Notes: generated from the sequence alone by a model not told the origin. A DNA stretch of 64,000 bases from an uncultured Nitrososphaeraceae archaeon (GCA_963765895.1 CAVXZB010000042.1:1-64000); one strand, 5' to 3'; positions 1 to 12,236 are shown, numbered from the stretch's first letter. Numbers and translations: made by a program.

Positions 1-193
1 CAGAAGGGCACACAAATAGAGAGCAATACCGAGACGTCAATCTGCACCTAGCACGCAGCATTTTTGATAATGTTTATAATATGGCATACCGCATATCTTA
101 TTAGAAGCACTTTTTCCGATATAATCATCCCGGGTTGATGAAAAATCTGGCATTGTCCGATATACTGCTTGATGTATGCACTGATGTCTATGT

Positions 194-466
194 TCAATTT
201 ATTAGATTGCCTTTCATCTTTACAAACTCTGCTTCTGAAATTACACCTTGGTCGCTCAGCTTTGCAAGTTTAGATAATTCATCAGCTATGGATGTTACTG
301 TAAGTTTACTCGATTGAATTTTATTAGTCTTCTCCTCTTCCTTTTCTACAGCCAGAGATGGCTTGAACTGATGACCCTTATCGTTTATACGATATATAGG
401 AAGCAAGTTTTTATACTTGCATTCCAGATCTTGAGATTTATTGATAAACCATATGATAGCGGGCAC
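194..466 (-). CDS. SHOCT-domain small protein (N-terminus uncertain)
   Basis: C-terminus SIADELSKLAKLSDQGVISEAEFVKMKGNLI matches the SHOCT pattern. Confidence 0.6.
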   Translation of the reverse strand: MPAIIWFINKSQDLECKYKNLLPIYRINDKGHQFKPSLAVEKEEEKTNKIQSSKLTVTSIADELSKLAKLSDQGVISEAEFVKMKGNLIN

Positions 467-848
467 ACAGAATAACTCGCTTCAGAATTCTATTCAGAGC
501 TCTATTAAGCTTATCTTTCGACGCAAAGTCCTTTAGATCGATATGTATCATTAGAAAACTTGGTGGAGTTCTATTAATGCCATCATATTTAGTAAACGAA
601 GGATATGCATTGATTCTGCAATCTTCATAGTTAGATGCTCTAAAATATTCAATAACTTCCTGGGGGTTGAATACCTCTTTCTGATAGCCACGAGCCTTAG
701 TCATAATATTCCTTGGAAAAATGGGCTCTTGGAAATGTGACAGTATGAAGTTTAGACTCTGTTCTACCTCACTTAATTTCTGACTACTAGGGGAGGTAAA
801 TTTCTTTCTGTGAGGGGGGTGAAAGAAAAATTCCCCCTTGTACCTCAT
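438..848 (-). pseudogene. Truncated primase-like (PriX/AEP-associated, Nitrososphaera type) protein
   Basis: LNFILSHFQEPIFPRNIMTK...FRASNYEDCRINAYPSFT...PSFLMIHIDLKDF resembles the N-terminus of this family as I recall it; stops after 136 aa. Confidence 0.5.
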
Positions 849-1033
849 TATTTTTATAGCACTATGCTGAATCAGTGTTTTAATATGATCATATGACCAA
901 TATTAATTTGATTCATTTTCATCTTATTCTTCCATTCTGTACCTGAACTAAAAATTCAGACTACTAGGGGAGTAAATTTCTTTCAGACCAGATTCTAGGG
1001 ACACAATCACTGAAAGAAAAATTCCCCCCTTGT
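782..1033. repeat. Two copies of an imperfect hairpin with conserved arms and different loops
   Basis: gactactagggga(g)gtaaatttctttc-[loop]-tgaaagaaaaattccccc(c)ttgt at ~782-841 and ~959-1033. Confidence 0.8.
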
Positions 1034-1092
1034 CGTGATAATATGTTAGAATGCTACCCAAAGATGTGCGAGCGATTATTTTCTGGATTATT

Positions 1093-2403
1093 CTATTTAG
1101 CGGTAGAGTTAGTGGATGGTGTAGCAGGCGGATGTGTGGATGGAAGGACTGCATGATTTGTAAATCCAGAGTGAGCTTCAAGCCATGCATACAGATCAGC
1201 TAAGACATACTGCTGAATCGGTCCATTTTCAGTCTCCCACTGAGATGAAGGATAGAACAAATGTCCAAGATTGGGATATGTGATCAACGTATGATCGGGA
1301 TGATTTACTTCAGTCAGTCTTTGTTGCAAGAGAAACGCTTGTTGGATTGGAGTATCAGTATCATTTTCCCCATTGAGCAGTAGAATGTTAGTAGAATTGG
1401 GTACATTACCTATAATATTTAATGTGGGTACAAGACTAAAGTGTGACCTATACCATACAGGACATCCTTCCAGACTGTTACATTTGGACTTGTTGAAAGC
1501 TGTCACGTTTTCATATGAATTTACGAGTGCGGGTTTAAGTTGTTTGTCAATATCTACGTAACCTGGTTTAGTGGTATTATTTCCGAATTTGTTTAAGAGA
1601 TGATTGGTTATAACTTTAGTATCATTGGTACGTAAAAAGGTAAGCAAGACTGAAGATGGTACAAATATATGACTTAGCACAGGATCCTTTGCTATTTGTT
1701 GTATTGATATCAGCCCAGTATGATTTTTATCCAGTACTTGCCTAGCATATGTTTCTGGTATGGATACCATTTGATAGTGGAGTAAATATCGAAGGTTCTG
1801 AGCTACCGTGCCCATAAGTATAATGTTCTTTACCTTTGTCGGATTATCTATTGCTATTCTGGGAGCAATAGCCGTACTTCGCTATGACCAATTATACTTA
1901 TTTTCTTTGGATATACTTCAGGTTGAGTTGTAAGTACATTCATAGCTTTCTCTGCGTCATGAATTAAATCATTGATAGTAGAATTTCCCCATACGTTCTG
2001 GTTAATTGTAAAATTTGCACCTATGCCTCTCTTATCATATCTAAGTACCAGCAAAGCCTCTTTCTGTTAGATATTTAGCAATTTGCCAAAGTGGTGTTGG
2101 TGGTTTAGGTCCATTTTTGTGAATAAATCCCAAAGTTCCATTCTTATCATTAGCACCAAATCCGTGAATAAGAAGAACACCAGGAAATGGTCCTTTTCCA
2201 ATAGCAGGAAGAGTTAACTGAGCCTTAGTCTTTACTCCATTTCCTAGATCTATTACCAGATTTCTATATTTTATTGTCGGAATGTACTGTTGAGCAAGTG
2301 CTTGGTCTTGTTGTTTGAAAATACTAGTAGATAAACAAGACAATCCAAGTATACCAATCAATAATAAGCCCGTAGACAGCATCATAGTTTTTGGTTCATG
2401 CAA
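1093..2403 (-). CDS. Secreted alpha/beta hydrolase, split by two frameshifts
   Basis: Signal-like N-terminus; GPFPGVLLIHG, VLRYDKRG, IGHSE(G) nucleophile motif, LLLNGENDTDTP, YPNLGHLF across ORFs 2041-2403, 1854-2054 and 1093-1815. Confidence 0.8.
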
Positions 2404-2799
2404 TTCGGGATGCAGTTGTTAATTATGAATCTGGTATTTAAGAATACATGGTGAGCTGAAGCTCTAAAGAAAGTTGAACAGTAGGAAGGAGGGATTAGTC
2501 TGGACACGACAGCAGCAAATAACCTTTATGCTGGATTTGGGCTTGGAACTGTAAATGCTTATAGGAATCTCCGTATCCATCGGATGGTAGCTTTGGGGGC
2601 GCTTGGATTGCTCGAGCTTTCAAGTATTGCAACCTTCTAAAATTGCACAACAAATATTTTATTGAGTGTCATTTCCACCTAATCGTTGATTATCTTAACT
2701 TCCCGTTACCAAAGGAATGGGGCCCGCTAATCGTTAGGTGTGGAGTCAGGGGACTTTATGACACGACTCAATTAGAAGCTGTATTGTATTTTCATTTTG

Positions 2800-3174
2800 C
2801 TATATGCTGCTATCCATCAGTCTGCATAAAGTGTTTCCTGCATGGTTCACAATGTTCGCTGATAAATGGGATGTATTCAGTACGCTGTTTTTAGACGTTG
2901 CAACATCTGAAGCCTTCACATCAATGAACACATAATGTCGAAATAAATCTGGATGGGCTACGATTTTCACAAGTGCGACAAGTGATCCTTGCCTTCTATC
3001 TAGTTGAGATAATTCTACGTGTGCATCATAACGATATGGCCCCATAATAAGTCCGACAAAATCCTTATCAGAATGTGCCATTCGGCTCACTAATTCCTTG
3101 ACTTTTGAATTTGGGTCATCTGGACAGAATACTAAGTTAAACACTAAGTTAGACTCTCTCCTAGTATCAGTCAT
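2800..3174 (-). CDS. Hypothetical protein
   Basis: 124-aa ATG ORF, protein-like composition, no motif recognised. Confidence 0.45.
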   Translation of the reverse strand: MTDTRRESNLVFNLVFCPDDPNSKVKELVSRMAHSDKDFVGLIMGPYRYDAHVELSQLDRRQGSLVALVKIVAHPDLFRHYVFIDVKASDVATSKNSVLNTSHLSANIVNHAGNTLCRLMDSSI

Positions 3175-3586
3175 ATCATCATTTTCGATGTGTGCTTTAA
3201 GGAATATGTGGCCAAACGCCGCGCTTATCTGATTAAAGTGATGATAACAGCTAATGCAAAACTGTGGCTAGTTTAGGACATGATCTGGAAGAAGCAGGGT
3301 AGATTCGTTATAATAGAGATCTATAGCGGAGCTCCTCTAATCTGGCTGAGTTCTATATTTGGGAACTAACCATCATATGATATGAAAGCAAAATGGCGCT
3401 CGTATTCTGAATACTAAAGTGTTCATTTACACTTATCAAAATATAAATGTGGCCGAGCTCCTCTGAGTAGTATGAATACAGTAACGCCAAATACAGAAAC
3501 AGAACTGACACAAATGGACAGGATATATGCTGACATGCTTAACTTAGCAGAGTACAACATGCACAATAGACCATGCATTCGTTCCT

Positions 3587-3937
3587 ATGATGCTCGCCGA
3601 TCATCAAATATCATATATGGCCATCCCTACTCTAGAAGACTTGAAACAAACACTGTTCCCAGCAGGCAATCTGATAATAGAACTAGGATATCCATTCAAA
3701 GTAACTACTAAGGGAGATATAGAAACAGCAGCATTTCTGGCGGAGTATCCTCGTGGGGCAGTTGGTCACTACAGTATGATAACTCTTATAATATCTTCGG
3801 CAACCAAGATGGTGACAAGGCAGATCCATAGTTTTACTGATGCATGTACAAGTCAAGGAGGAACGACAAAGATATTTGACGCTAATGGAACCGAGCTATC
3901 GCCGGAAGGTCTGCTTAAGAAATATTACGTAAATTAG
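3587..3937 (+). CDS. Hypothetical protein (may join 3472 ORF via a frameshift)
   Basis: 116-aa ORF overlapping 3472-3711 in another frame. Confidence 0.4.
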   Translation: MMLADHQISYMAIPTLEDLKQTLFPAGNLIIELGYPFKVTTKGDIETAAFLAEYPRGAVGHYSMITLIISSATKMVTRQIHSFTDACTSQGGTTKIFDANGTELSPEGLLKKYYVN

Positions 3938-5145
3938 TATGGAAATACAAGTTTTATAGTCAGACCACAAAGGTTGAGTAGTGTGCTTCTTGGGGCATAT
4001 GCCCCTTAGCTGCAAGCCATCATCTATCACTTATCGGCAGGTTTTTTTCATTCTTTCCGGTGCATTTTGCAAAAATAGGCCTCGTCATAGATGTCAGGGT
4101 ATCCATAGTGCTATATTGGGTTCTACATTATGCATTAAGCTGATGACATGCTTTTTTTGCAGCATCGTCTCTCTTGCAGAATGAATATGGTACTATGGAT
4201 ACTATGGATACAATATTACTAAAGACTTGAGCGTGAAAATCTAAGAACATAGATAACAGAACCTAATCCGTCAGGGTTGATTTTCTATACATGAGCAACG
4301 ATAAAAAAAGAGACAAGATGTCTACTTATAGAAAAATCCTAGTCTAAGAAATTGAGTTCACCAGTATTGCAATTCAGGCTGCAACATTTTCTGCCCGTCC
4401 TCTATTTTATACATATTGGTGAATCTGACTCCTTTTTATATTGTTCGCGTAATTGTATACTAGCACTTGGCTACTTATAGTATCCACGAAATTGGAACAG
4501 TAAATACATATGAATTTACAGCTTGGTTCTGGTGTTGGAGTGATATCTGTTTAAATGTCTTCGTGTGCATGAATGACTTGTAGTCCTGTAACTATACGTT
4601 TATCAAATTAACTTTTTTACTGCTCAAAGATAGATTCTAGTAAGCCAAAACAATGTTGACAACCTTCCTTATCTGCATGTTTCTGAACCAGATCAAGTAG
4701 TTTAAGCAAATCATTCATTACCTCATTTTGGTCATTAACTTTAATGGTGGTGGCATGATTTTCTCATTTTCTATATCAGTCATTAGTTTCATCATTGGAA
4801 TGGTGATCAATGGTAACCTGCACATACGCCTTGCTTAGCCTCTGCATTTAGCAAGAGGCGCAAGGTTTTGCGCCTACCCATGTTAACAAAAGTCTAACCT
4901 CTTAATGACTTCTCCATATTGATAAAGTCCTATTAAATGTTCTAATATTCTATAAAATTGTTTTATAATAAACAAAAACATATTCGTTCTGTCTAATTCT
5001 ATCATTGTAAAAGCATGGATTATTTTGGGGCAAACCAATCAACTCTCTAAAATCACATAGAGGAATGGTATAGGTACAATGTATTAATGGATTAATATGC
5101 GATATTTTAAATTAGGCGCAAAAAGTGAGAATATAACATCTCATC

Positions 5146-6478
5146 ATGAATGCCCTTGAGTCATATAACAAGATTTTGCATTTAATGAAAGAACACCACA
5201 CCTGGTTTGATAAATCTATACCTCTCATCGCCAGTGAAAATATACCTAGCACTGCAGTAAGAGAAGCAATAATTTCTGATTTCGGCAACAGATATGCCGA
5301 AGGCTGGCCCGGAGAGAGGGTATATGCTGGATGCAAATACATAGATCAAGTGGAGATTAATTTGTAACGATTTGGCGAAGGTCGTATTTGGAGCAGAATT
5401 TGCAGATTGTAGAGCAACTTCGGGTGTAGTTGCCAACCTTGCTATTTATGCTGCATTTTCCAAACCTGGTGATTATATGCTAGCATCATCCATTCCCTCA
5501 GGTGGTCATATTTCCCATGGTAAGAAAGAGCATTCGGGTACAGCTGGGCTTGTACATGGATTAAGTATTGAACATTACCCCTTTTCAAAAGAAGAAATGA
5601 CTATAGATGTGGATGCTACGAAAAAGAAAATTGAAGAAATGTGTAAGGATAACAGAGCTCCAAGTATAGGAATGTTTGGTGGTAGTCTATTTCTATTTCC
5701 ACATCCTGTAAAGGAATTGGCAGATTTTATGCACGATCATAATATGTATATAAACTACGATGGGGCGCATGTTGCGGGATTGATTGCTGGAGGTCAGTTC
5801 CAAGATCCTCTAAAAGAGGGAGCAGATTCAATCACTATGAGCTCACACAAAACGTTGTGGGGTCCCCAAGGAGGAATTATAGTATCACTACAAAAATATG
5901 CTGAATCTATCAAGAAGGCAGTATTTCCTGGCATCACAAGTAGTCATCATCTGCATCACGTTGCTGGCAAAGCTATTGCCCTAGCTGAATCATTAGAATT
6001 TGGAAAAGATTATGCAATACAAGTGATCAAAAATGCCAAAGCTATTGCAGGGGATTTAGCTAATTTAGGGTTCGATGTTCTGGGAGAAAAAAAAGGTTAT
6101 ACAGCATCGCATCAACTTGCGGTAGATGTTTCAAAATTTGGTGACGGCGGTACAATAGAAAGAGATTTGGAAAAAGCTAACATAATCTTAAATAGGCAAT
6201 TACTGCCCGGAGATATCAAAGCTGGCAGGCATTACATGCATCCTAGTGGAATAAGGATCGGGGTTCCAGAAATAACAAGATTAGGAATGAAAGAAAGCGA
6301 AATGAAAGAAATTGCGAATTTTATTAAACGTGTGGTAATAGATAAACAAGACCCCAATTCTATAGCAAATGATGTGACAGAGTTCAGAAAACAATTCCAA
6401 AAAATACATTATGCATTTGATAATGCTGTTGACGCGTACGAATACATAGATGTCATTCACCATCGAAAAGCAAGTTAG
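5146..6478 (+). CDS. glyA: Serine hydroxymethyltransferase, one frameshift near 5357
   Basis: [55 protein letters not shown]; deleting one A in gtggagattaatttgtaac gives [10 protein letters not shown]. Confidence 0.95.
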
Positions 6479-6943
6479 TCGAATTAATTGAGGAGGAATT
6501 AACATGAATCGTCTGGTAAGGCACCATGAATGAACATCTAGTCAGTTCACATATAACATACGCGAAAGTCTAAATTCCCTATATTTTTAGCCGATTGTCT
6601 AATGAAACTACAAACTTGACAATATTAGCATTGTCACTATATTCATAGTCTTATGGTTTGAATTAATCTCACTGATCAGTTAAGTAAAATTCTCTAAAAT
6701 AAATAAAAAGATTAATCCGCTATCAATTTTAAAGCATTAATTGATTTCTAAGATTGTAAATCAGTATAAGATATAATTGCGACAGCTGCTCCTGATCCTA
6801 CATCTTCCATAACCCATCAGTATCATCATAATCATAAGATTTTGATTATTTTTCTAAAACCTGTTCGTTCCTAATTGTGGAAATTCATAAATTTGATAAA
6901 GATTACATTCCCTAAATTTATTTATTAATATGTTGACGGAATG

Positions 6944-7255
6944 TTAATCTGAAGTATATTCAACGCATCGATAATATATCAAGCCATTTATTGTAATGTC
7001 CTCTATTTTGGCCATTGTGAGTTTTTTGTCGATACGATCAGATTTTTTTGATATTAATCCCGCCGTAATATTACTAAATAACTCTGTCAAGCCGAGTTTA
7101 ACCATTGCATGATTGACTTCATCTTCTTTTATCCCAATCGCGTCAGCAATTTCCTTTGCTGAAAACCCCTTTCCTTTGTTATGACACAAAAATTGAATTA
7201 TCACCATATTAATATTTTTGTGCGCATCAAATTCAGCTGCATCTATCGGTGCCAT
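6944..7255 (-). CDS. Small winged-HTH-like protein
   Basis: IIQFLCHNKGKGFSAKEIADAIGIKEDEVNHAM helix-turn-helix pattern. Confidence 0.6.
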   Translation of the reverse strand: MAPIDAAEFDAHKNINMVIIQFLCHNKGKGFSAKEIADAIGIKEDEVNHAMVKLGLTELFSNITAGLISKKSDRIDKKLTMAKIEDITINGLIYYRCVEYTSD

Positions 7256-7439
7256 AATATATGATTAAATGTACTCATATAACAAACATACTGTTATACC
7301 ATTATGTAACATGTAATATAAAACCAGGTTTATTAGTTGGACTTTTTTCGAAGATTTTATAGGAGATATTAAAAGATCTGACATAATATATATTTCCTAA
7401 ATTGAAATATCGTATAAATATCAAAACTGTTTATTATAA

Positions 7440-7865
7440 TCACTTTTTGTATATGTACTCTTCAATTTTATGTAGTTGAATGTGATGATCATCTGAAACT
7501 TTGATAAGTTCTTATAGATAGAGCGAATTTACTTGATGTAACTTCAAATTCTTTACACTTTTGTATGTATCTACGATCAATTATGCGGATGCGTCTGCAT
7601 CTATGTTCTGCTCGCGTAGCAATGTCATAGTTCGAAAGCAATGGCACATTGAGCCGGAGAAAGACCAGCAGAATTCAATACTTTTTGATAACTCCCGGAG
7701 TGCATCCACTTCGGATTTTCCAAAAGCAATACTCTAATCGTTAATAATGTTGCTAACTGATCCTGCATCTATGTTGTTGTCCTGTGCTATAATGTCTCTG
7801 CGAAGGCCTAGAAGCCATTGACTTATTACTTTCGATTTTATTGTTTCAGGAATAACTGCTGGCAT
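7440..7865 (-). pseudogene. Degraded paralog of the HTH/coiled-coil gene at 14704
   Basis: Manual translation MPAVIPETIKSKVISQWLLGLRRDIIAQDNNIDAGSVSNIIND*SIAFGKSEVDALRELSK...FRTMTLL...KCKEFEV aligns by eye with MALSFSKPLKEGIIKDWLRGKNRDTIAHENGLSTGTVSNIV; several stops and frameshifts. Confidence 0.75.
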
Positions 7866-7927
7866 ATTAATATCTACTACATAAAAAAATACATTAAGAA
7901 TATATAAAATGTCTTTTATTTAGATGT

Positions 7928-7990
7928 GTCAAATAAACAGTCAAATGGGTCAAATACGTCCTCAAATAGTCTTGTCAAATTGCGTCAAAT
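7928..7990 (-). promoter_or_regulatory. Array of six ATTTGAC/ATTTGAG heptamers upstream of a TATA-like box
   Basis: gtcaaat starts at 7928, 7940, 7949, 7974, 7984 and ctcaaat at 7961; TTTATATA on the minus strand ~7901-7908. Confidence 0.7.
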
Positions 7991-8221
7991 GGCATTAGAA
8001 CATTGAATACATATTTCTTCAACTATGTGATCTAGATTAAATGCAGGCTCAGCCTACCTTGAAGACGACAGCCTAGGTGAGTCGAAGATCCAAATATCCG
8101 GGTAATAAAAACTTACTGAATATCTGTTTGATGCGCAAAGAGTAAACCAGCCAGATATCATTGCCTCATAGAATATAATGAATTAGAGATGGATAACTCA
8201 TCAAAGACTCATTAGCATATA

Positions 8222-8818
8222 TTGAACATTATTGAAAATACAGATATGAATAAAGAAAATATATATTCTGCAATTGAGAAAAAAGTAAATGAAGAATATT
8301 TTACTGGGCAAGTTACTTTACGAGAGATCTTTAGCGAACAAGTACATAATGAACAAGAAATGTATCATGTAACATTTCATAACGGAGCAAGAACCACATT
8401 ACATTATCATGAATCGGATCAAATACTTGTTGCCACGAGTGGAAAAGGAGTAGTTGGTTTAATCAAAGGAACAAAGGTTAGCAATTTTGAAATTGACGAA
8501 AAGGATATAATATTTTTTGAAGAAGAGGGAGATACTGTTTACATACCAGCAAACAGATTACATTTTCATGGTGCAATTAATGGATCAAGTGGTAAAGGAG
8601 ATTTTTCACATTTGGCCATAAGAAAAATGTATTTAAATAATATAACACCGGCCGTCAAGGCAAAAAATGAATGGGAATATGATCTAATTGCAAAAGAAAT
8701 AGGAAATAAGGATCCTGTAATCATAAAGCAAATCGCAAAAAATATTTCAGAGAAGATTCAAGCAGCTATATTAATGAGATTAGAACGAGAAAAAAATAAA
8801 CCTAATAGTTTATCATAA
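8222..8818 (+). CDS. Cupin-domain protein
   Basis: VTFHNGARTTLHYHESDQILVATSGKG and GDTVYIPANRLHFHGA cupin motifs. Confidence 0.85.
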   Translation: MNIIENTDMNKENIYSAIEKKVNEEYFTGQVTLREIFSEQVHNEQEMYHVTFHNGARTTLHYHESDQILVATSGKGVVGLIKGTKVSNFEIDEKDIIFFEEEGDTVYIPANRLHFHGAINGSSGKGDFSHLAIRKMYLNNITPAVKAKNEWEYDLIAKEIGNKDPVIIKQIAKNISEKIQAAILMRLEREKNKPNSLS

Positions 8819-8943
8819 TTAGTATTATTTCCCTCTTGGATCGCATGATATTTTCTTAACGACCATATTGAAGTACCTTTGATATTCTTCATCCTATTTC
8901 CAAGTTTACTAAATTAGAAAAATAAGTGGATCACAGAATAAAG

Positions 8944-9876
8944 TTAACAGTTGACAATTACCCTTACCGACGCTCCAATGCATGTCGATCCCATTTTGCA
9001 TTCGTCGGCAGCTGCTTCATATGTGCTCTGCAGGAATGAGAGCAAGACATCATCAGGTGACTTTGCGGTACGGACCACATTGTAAGGTAAGACAAACTCT
9101 CTCATAGTAGTATGATAGAATGCCTCTGGTGGTTGTAGTTGGTATTCCGTAAAGCCCTTAGGCTCTGGATAAGCATATGAGTAGAAGATTGGTTCATCAA
9201 TAGGGCCGCCTCCTGGCCAGAAACCGCAACTACTCACTTCGTGAGAATAAGCTTCTACAGCTACAAATCTAGCCAAGTTTGGCGCACCCGGATGAGCAGG
9301 CGCGGGACGTCCTGAAAAGCGTGTGACAGCCAGATCAAAAGCTCCCCAGAAAAAATGGACTGGACTAACTTTGCCGGTAAACCTGCAACGAAACTCTGTA
9401 AACACCCTGCTAGCCTGAGCTAGAATACGCCAGAATCGCTGGGCATAGTTGGGATCATATGCAGAGTGTTTTTGATCCTTCTCAAATGGAATTCGATCTG
9501 ACACTTCCACAGGTGTGGTCCAAATGGTTAATGGCATTCCTAGCGATCCTAGGGCTGCCATTACTTCTTTATAAAAATCGGCTACTGAGCGAGGCCTGAG
9601 AACGATTATCTTGGTAGACCCATCAGCAGTTTCGATTATTAGTAGGTGATCGATGAAATCAAAGTTTATTTGAAATAATCGACTGTTGTAAGACATAGCT
9701 GATGTCGTGAGTCCCCTAGGTGATACATACAGGGTAGAATTCCACCAATGATTTTCTAGATGAGTTAGTGCTAGTCTGATCTTGCCGACTATTTGGGTCC
9801 ACATGTGCAATGTTTCATAGGTGTCTTTCCATTCTGCTAGCGGCAATTCTGGCCACAGATTTGTTGTAGTTGTCAT
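8944..9876 (-). CDS. DUF5996-like protein (C-terminal frameshift; likely true stop ~8964)
   Basis: WPELPLAEWKDTYETLHMWTQIVGKIR, SPVHFFWGAFDLAVTRFSGR, YSHEVSSCGFWPG; alternative frame gives AKWDRHALERR*. Confidence 0.8.
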   Translation of the reverse strand: MTTTTNLWPELPLAEWKDTYETLHMWTQIVGKIRLALTHLENHWWNSTLYVSPRGLTTSAMSYNSRLFQINFDFIDHLLIIETADGSTKIIVLRPRSVADFYKEVMAALGSLGMPLTIWTTPVEVSDRIPFEKDQKHSAYDPNYAQRFWRILAQASRVFTEFRCRFTGKVSPVHFFWGAFDLAVTRFSGRPAPAHPGAPNLARFVAVEAYSHEVSSCGFWPGGGPIDEPIFYSYAYPEPKGFTEYQLQPPEAFYHTTMREFVLPYNVVRTAKSPDDVLLSFLQSTYEAAADECKMGSTCIGASVRVIVNC

Positions 9877-11032
9877 TTCGTTAATTCCCTATTATATCGA
9901 ACTGAAACGCCTTGCAATAAAAAACAATAGCTCTCAATCCAGAGAGTTTCGTTATGAACTGAAATAAGTTTTGTTAATCGAGGCTCAGGGACATGTTTCA
10001 TATTAATATATTACAGAATAAGATATGTAAGAATTTATTCATGAACAGGTATAGCGTAGTGTAGGGAGATGTTCATGTATATGTATATAATGTTTGGTCA
10101 TGATAAAAGGTTATACCGGATATTCTAGAAAAAACAAACGAATGCTTATGCGATACTTTATATGTTTGTTACATTTGCAATTGTCTATACTAGGCGACTA
10201 GGTCATCGTCAAACACTAGCCATTACATGGCGGCTTCAAGTTTTTCCCACTAACATCTGCTTAAGCCAGCAACAACTACAGAATTAACTCGAATTCGAAT
10301 TTTTTACTGATATCTTCAGTTGTCTTCAGCTCATTCTGGAATACGGTTATCTATATTAGACAAGTTACTAACTTCAGTTATGGTGCATATTACCTGTTTT
10401 TCATATGACGTAAATGTATCAATGTATCAATTGTTGCAATTTGAATAGTTGGTTCGCTCAAATAATAGGCCAAGTGTTTTTATCCTGACGATCTCTTCTT
10501 TCTCGTTTAACAAGACCTCATCTTTCTATCTAGTAAATACCGTAAACTATATCCATTTGCTGTAATATAATAAAATATTATTTACTTCCTTTACTAGAAA
10601 TTATCGAATTCTGATCGAATCAGGATATGTTAATCTTCTAAAGGCGCATCTAGACTGTCATCTAGGTAGTGAAGGCCAACAAATTCAAAATATGGCATAC
10701 TAGATTTTGAAGAACAAGCCAACTCTGAACTCAAATCGTTGATTGTTGATCTAAGTACCAGAAATACTGAAATCGTGCGGCGGCAAAAATGGTCCGTGAT
10801 TTTATGTGGATCAAAATGCAGATAGACTAGTTGTATATAAATAAAAAAGACAAGATTTGTTTATTATAGTCACTAATACCACCATTTCGTATCAACCGAG
10901 TATGTTTTGTGACTATCAGGAGCACTACTTTTAGTTATTGACAAACCAGTCATCTGTAAGGTGTTCCAATGGAATAGTAATACTAGACTAAAGTCACCTT
11001 ATGAAAATATACGGGTTAGTTAATATAATAAT

Positions 11033-11281
11033 TCATACGTTTGCTACAAGTTTATGATTATTCTTTGACTGGCCTTTCCAAGAATTGCTCTCATCCAAGA
11101 GTTGCATATGCTCTTCCAGGGTATTATACCTAGAGAAGTCCATCGTTGTATCCTCATAATCCTTTATGGTCTGTAATTCTGCGAGAATGTAGTCAAATCT
11201 CTTGGGATTTCTTTCCGTATGTTTCCTCTTATTACGTGATGTTGTTTTCTTTACTGCGGCTGACGATGTTGTGGGCGTCAT
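11033..11281 (-). CDS. Hypothetical protein
   Basis: 82-aa ATG ORF with basic N-terminus. Confidence 0.45.
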   Translation of the reverse strand: MTPTTSSAAVKKTTSRNKRKHTERNPKRFDYILAELQTIKDYEDTTMDFSRYNTLEEHMQLLDESNSWKGQSKNNHKLVANV

Positions 11282-11966
11282 GGCCTATGTATTTATGATA
11301 TATCGTAAATCGCGATATATAATCTCATTCAATCAATCTACAGAATGATAATGCATAATGAATGAATGAATGAATCAGTTAGATAGGGCTATTTAATGCC
11401 TGTGCCAATACTATCGTAGGTTTTTGTTAGATACACCAAGAATGGCTATAGATTAGATTTATAGAACAAAAATCTGAATCCTTCATAATTTTCTGTGTCG
11501 ATTATGGCTATACACATAATATGACTGTGCATATACTGAATGTTGGCCTGTCTCACTACTAGGCTATTGACTATCCTAGCCTGGACTCAATACCATCAGG
11601 TTCAGAAAAATGATATGGACCTGGAATCTATCTTCATAGCCCTAGAGGAATACGACAGAAATATTAGATGATGAGAAGGCCGCTCTTTATGTCAAACTTA
11701 TGGATAGGATAGTGCATCATCATTCATCCTATTTCATAGTAATATTACATTCTCGTTAAAAGGTAAATTGATTTATTAAGTATTCAATTTTTATGCTATT
11801 TAGTATAATATATTGTAAATATATTCCTGAAACGTTACAGTTTTAAATGAATACGTTCTGTGCGTAGAGCGGCAGAAATATCTCATAATAGTAGATAGAG
11901 ACATTGCAGCTTTTAATATGATTTGATGATGTTACAAATTATATGTACATTGGACTAATTCAACCA

Positions 11967-12236
11967 TCACCAATATGCACTTTCTGACTCGATATCAGAA
12001 TCAGTGTTATTTCTCTTCAATGAAATATATTCATTAATTTTCTCTAAACCTTTAAAGATTCCTTCAACTGCAAAAACTGCGGGAGCTTTGGTTGTGGGTA
12101 GCTCACCGCAACAACCTTCTTCAAATTTCTTAATATCATATTCTACATAATCAATACCCAATTTTTTGAAAAGATCAATGGCTTTTATAGAATCATCAGA
12201 CTTATCTAAAAGTAGAATTGGTTTTCGCTTAACCAC
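11967..12236 (-). CDS. Small glutaredoxin-like-fold protein without CxxC
   Basis: AIDLFKKLGIDYVEYDI...GCCGELPTTKAPAVFAVEGIFKGLEKI resembles Grx topology. Confidence 0.55.
   Translation of the reverse strand: MVKRKPILLLDKSDDSIKAIDLFKKLGIDYVEYDIKKFEEGCCGELPTTKAPAVFAVEGIFKGLEKINEYISLKRNNTDSDIESESAYW

Noticed and set aside
5340-5375. Programmed frameshift in glyA
   Set aside because: No slippery heptamer at the site; similar indels are widespread, so error or decay is simpler
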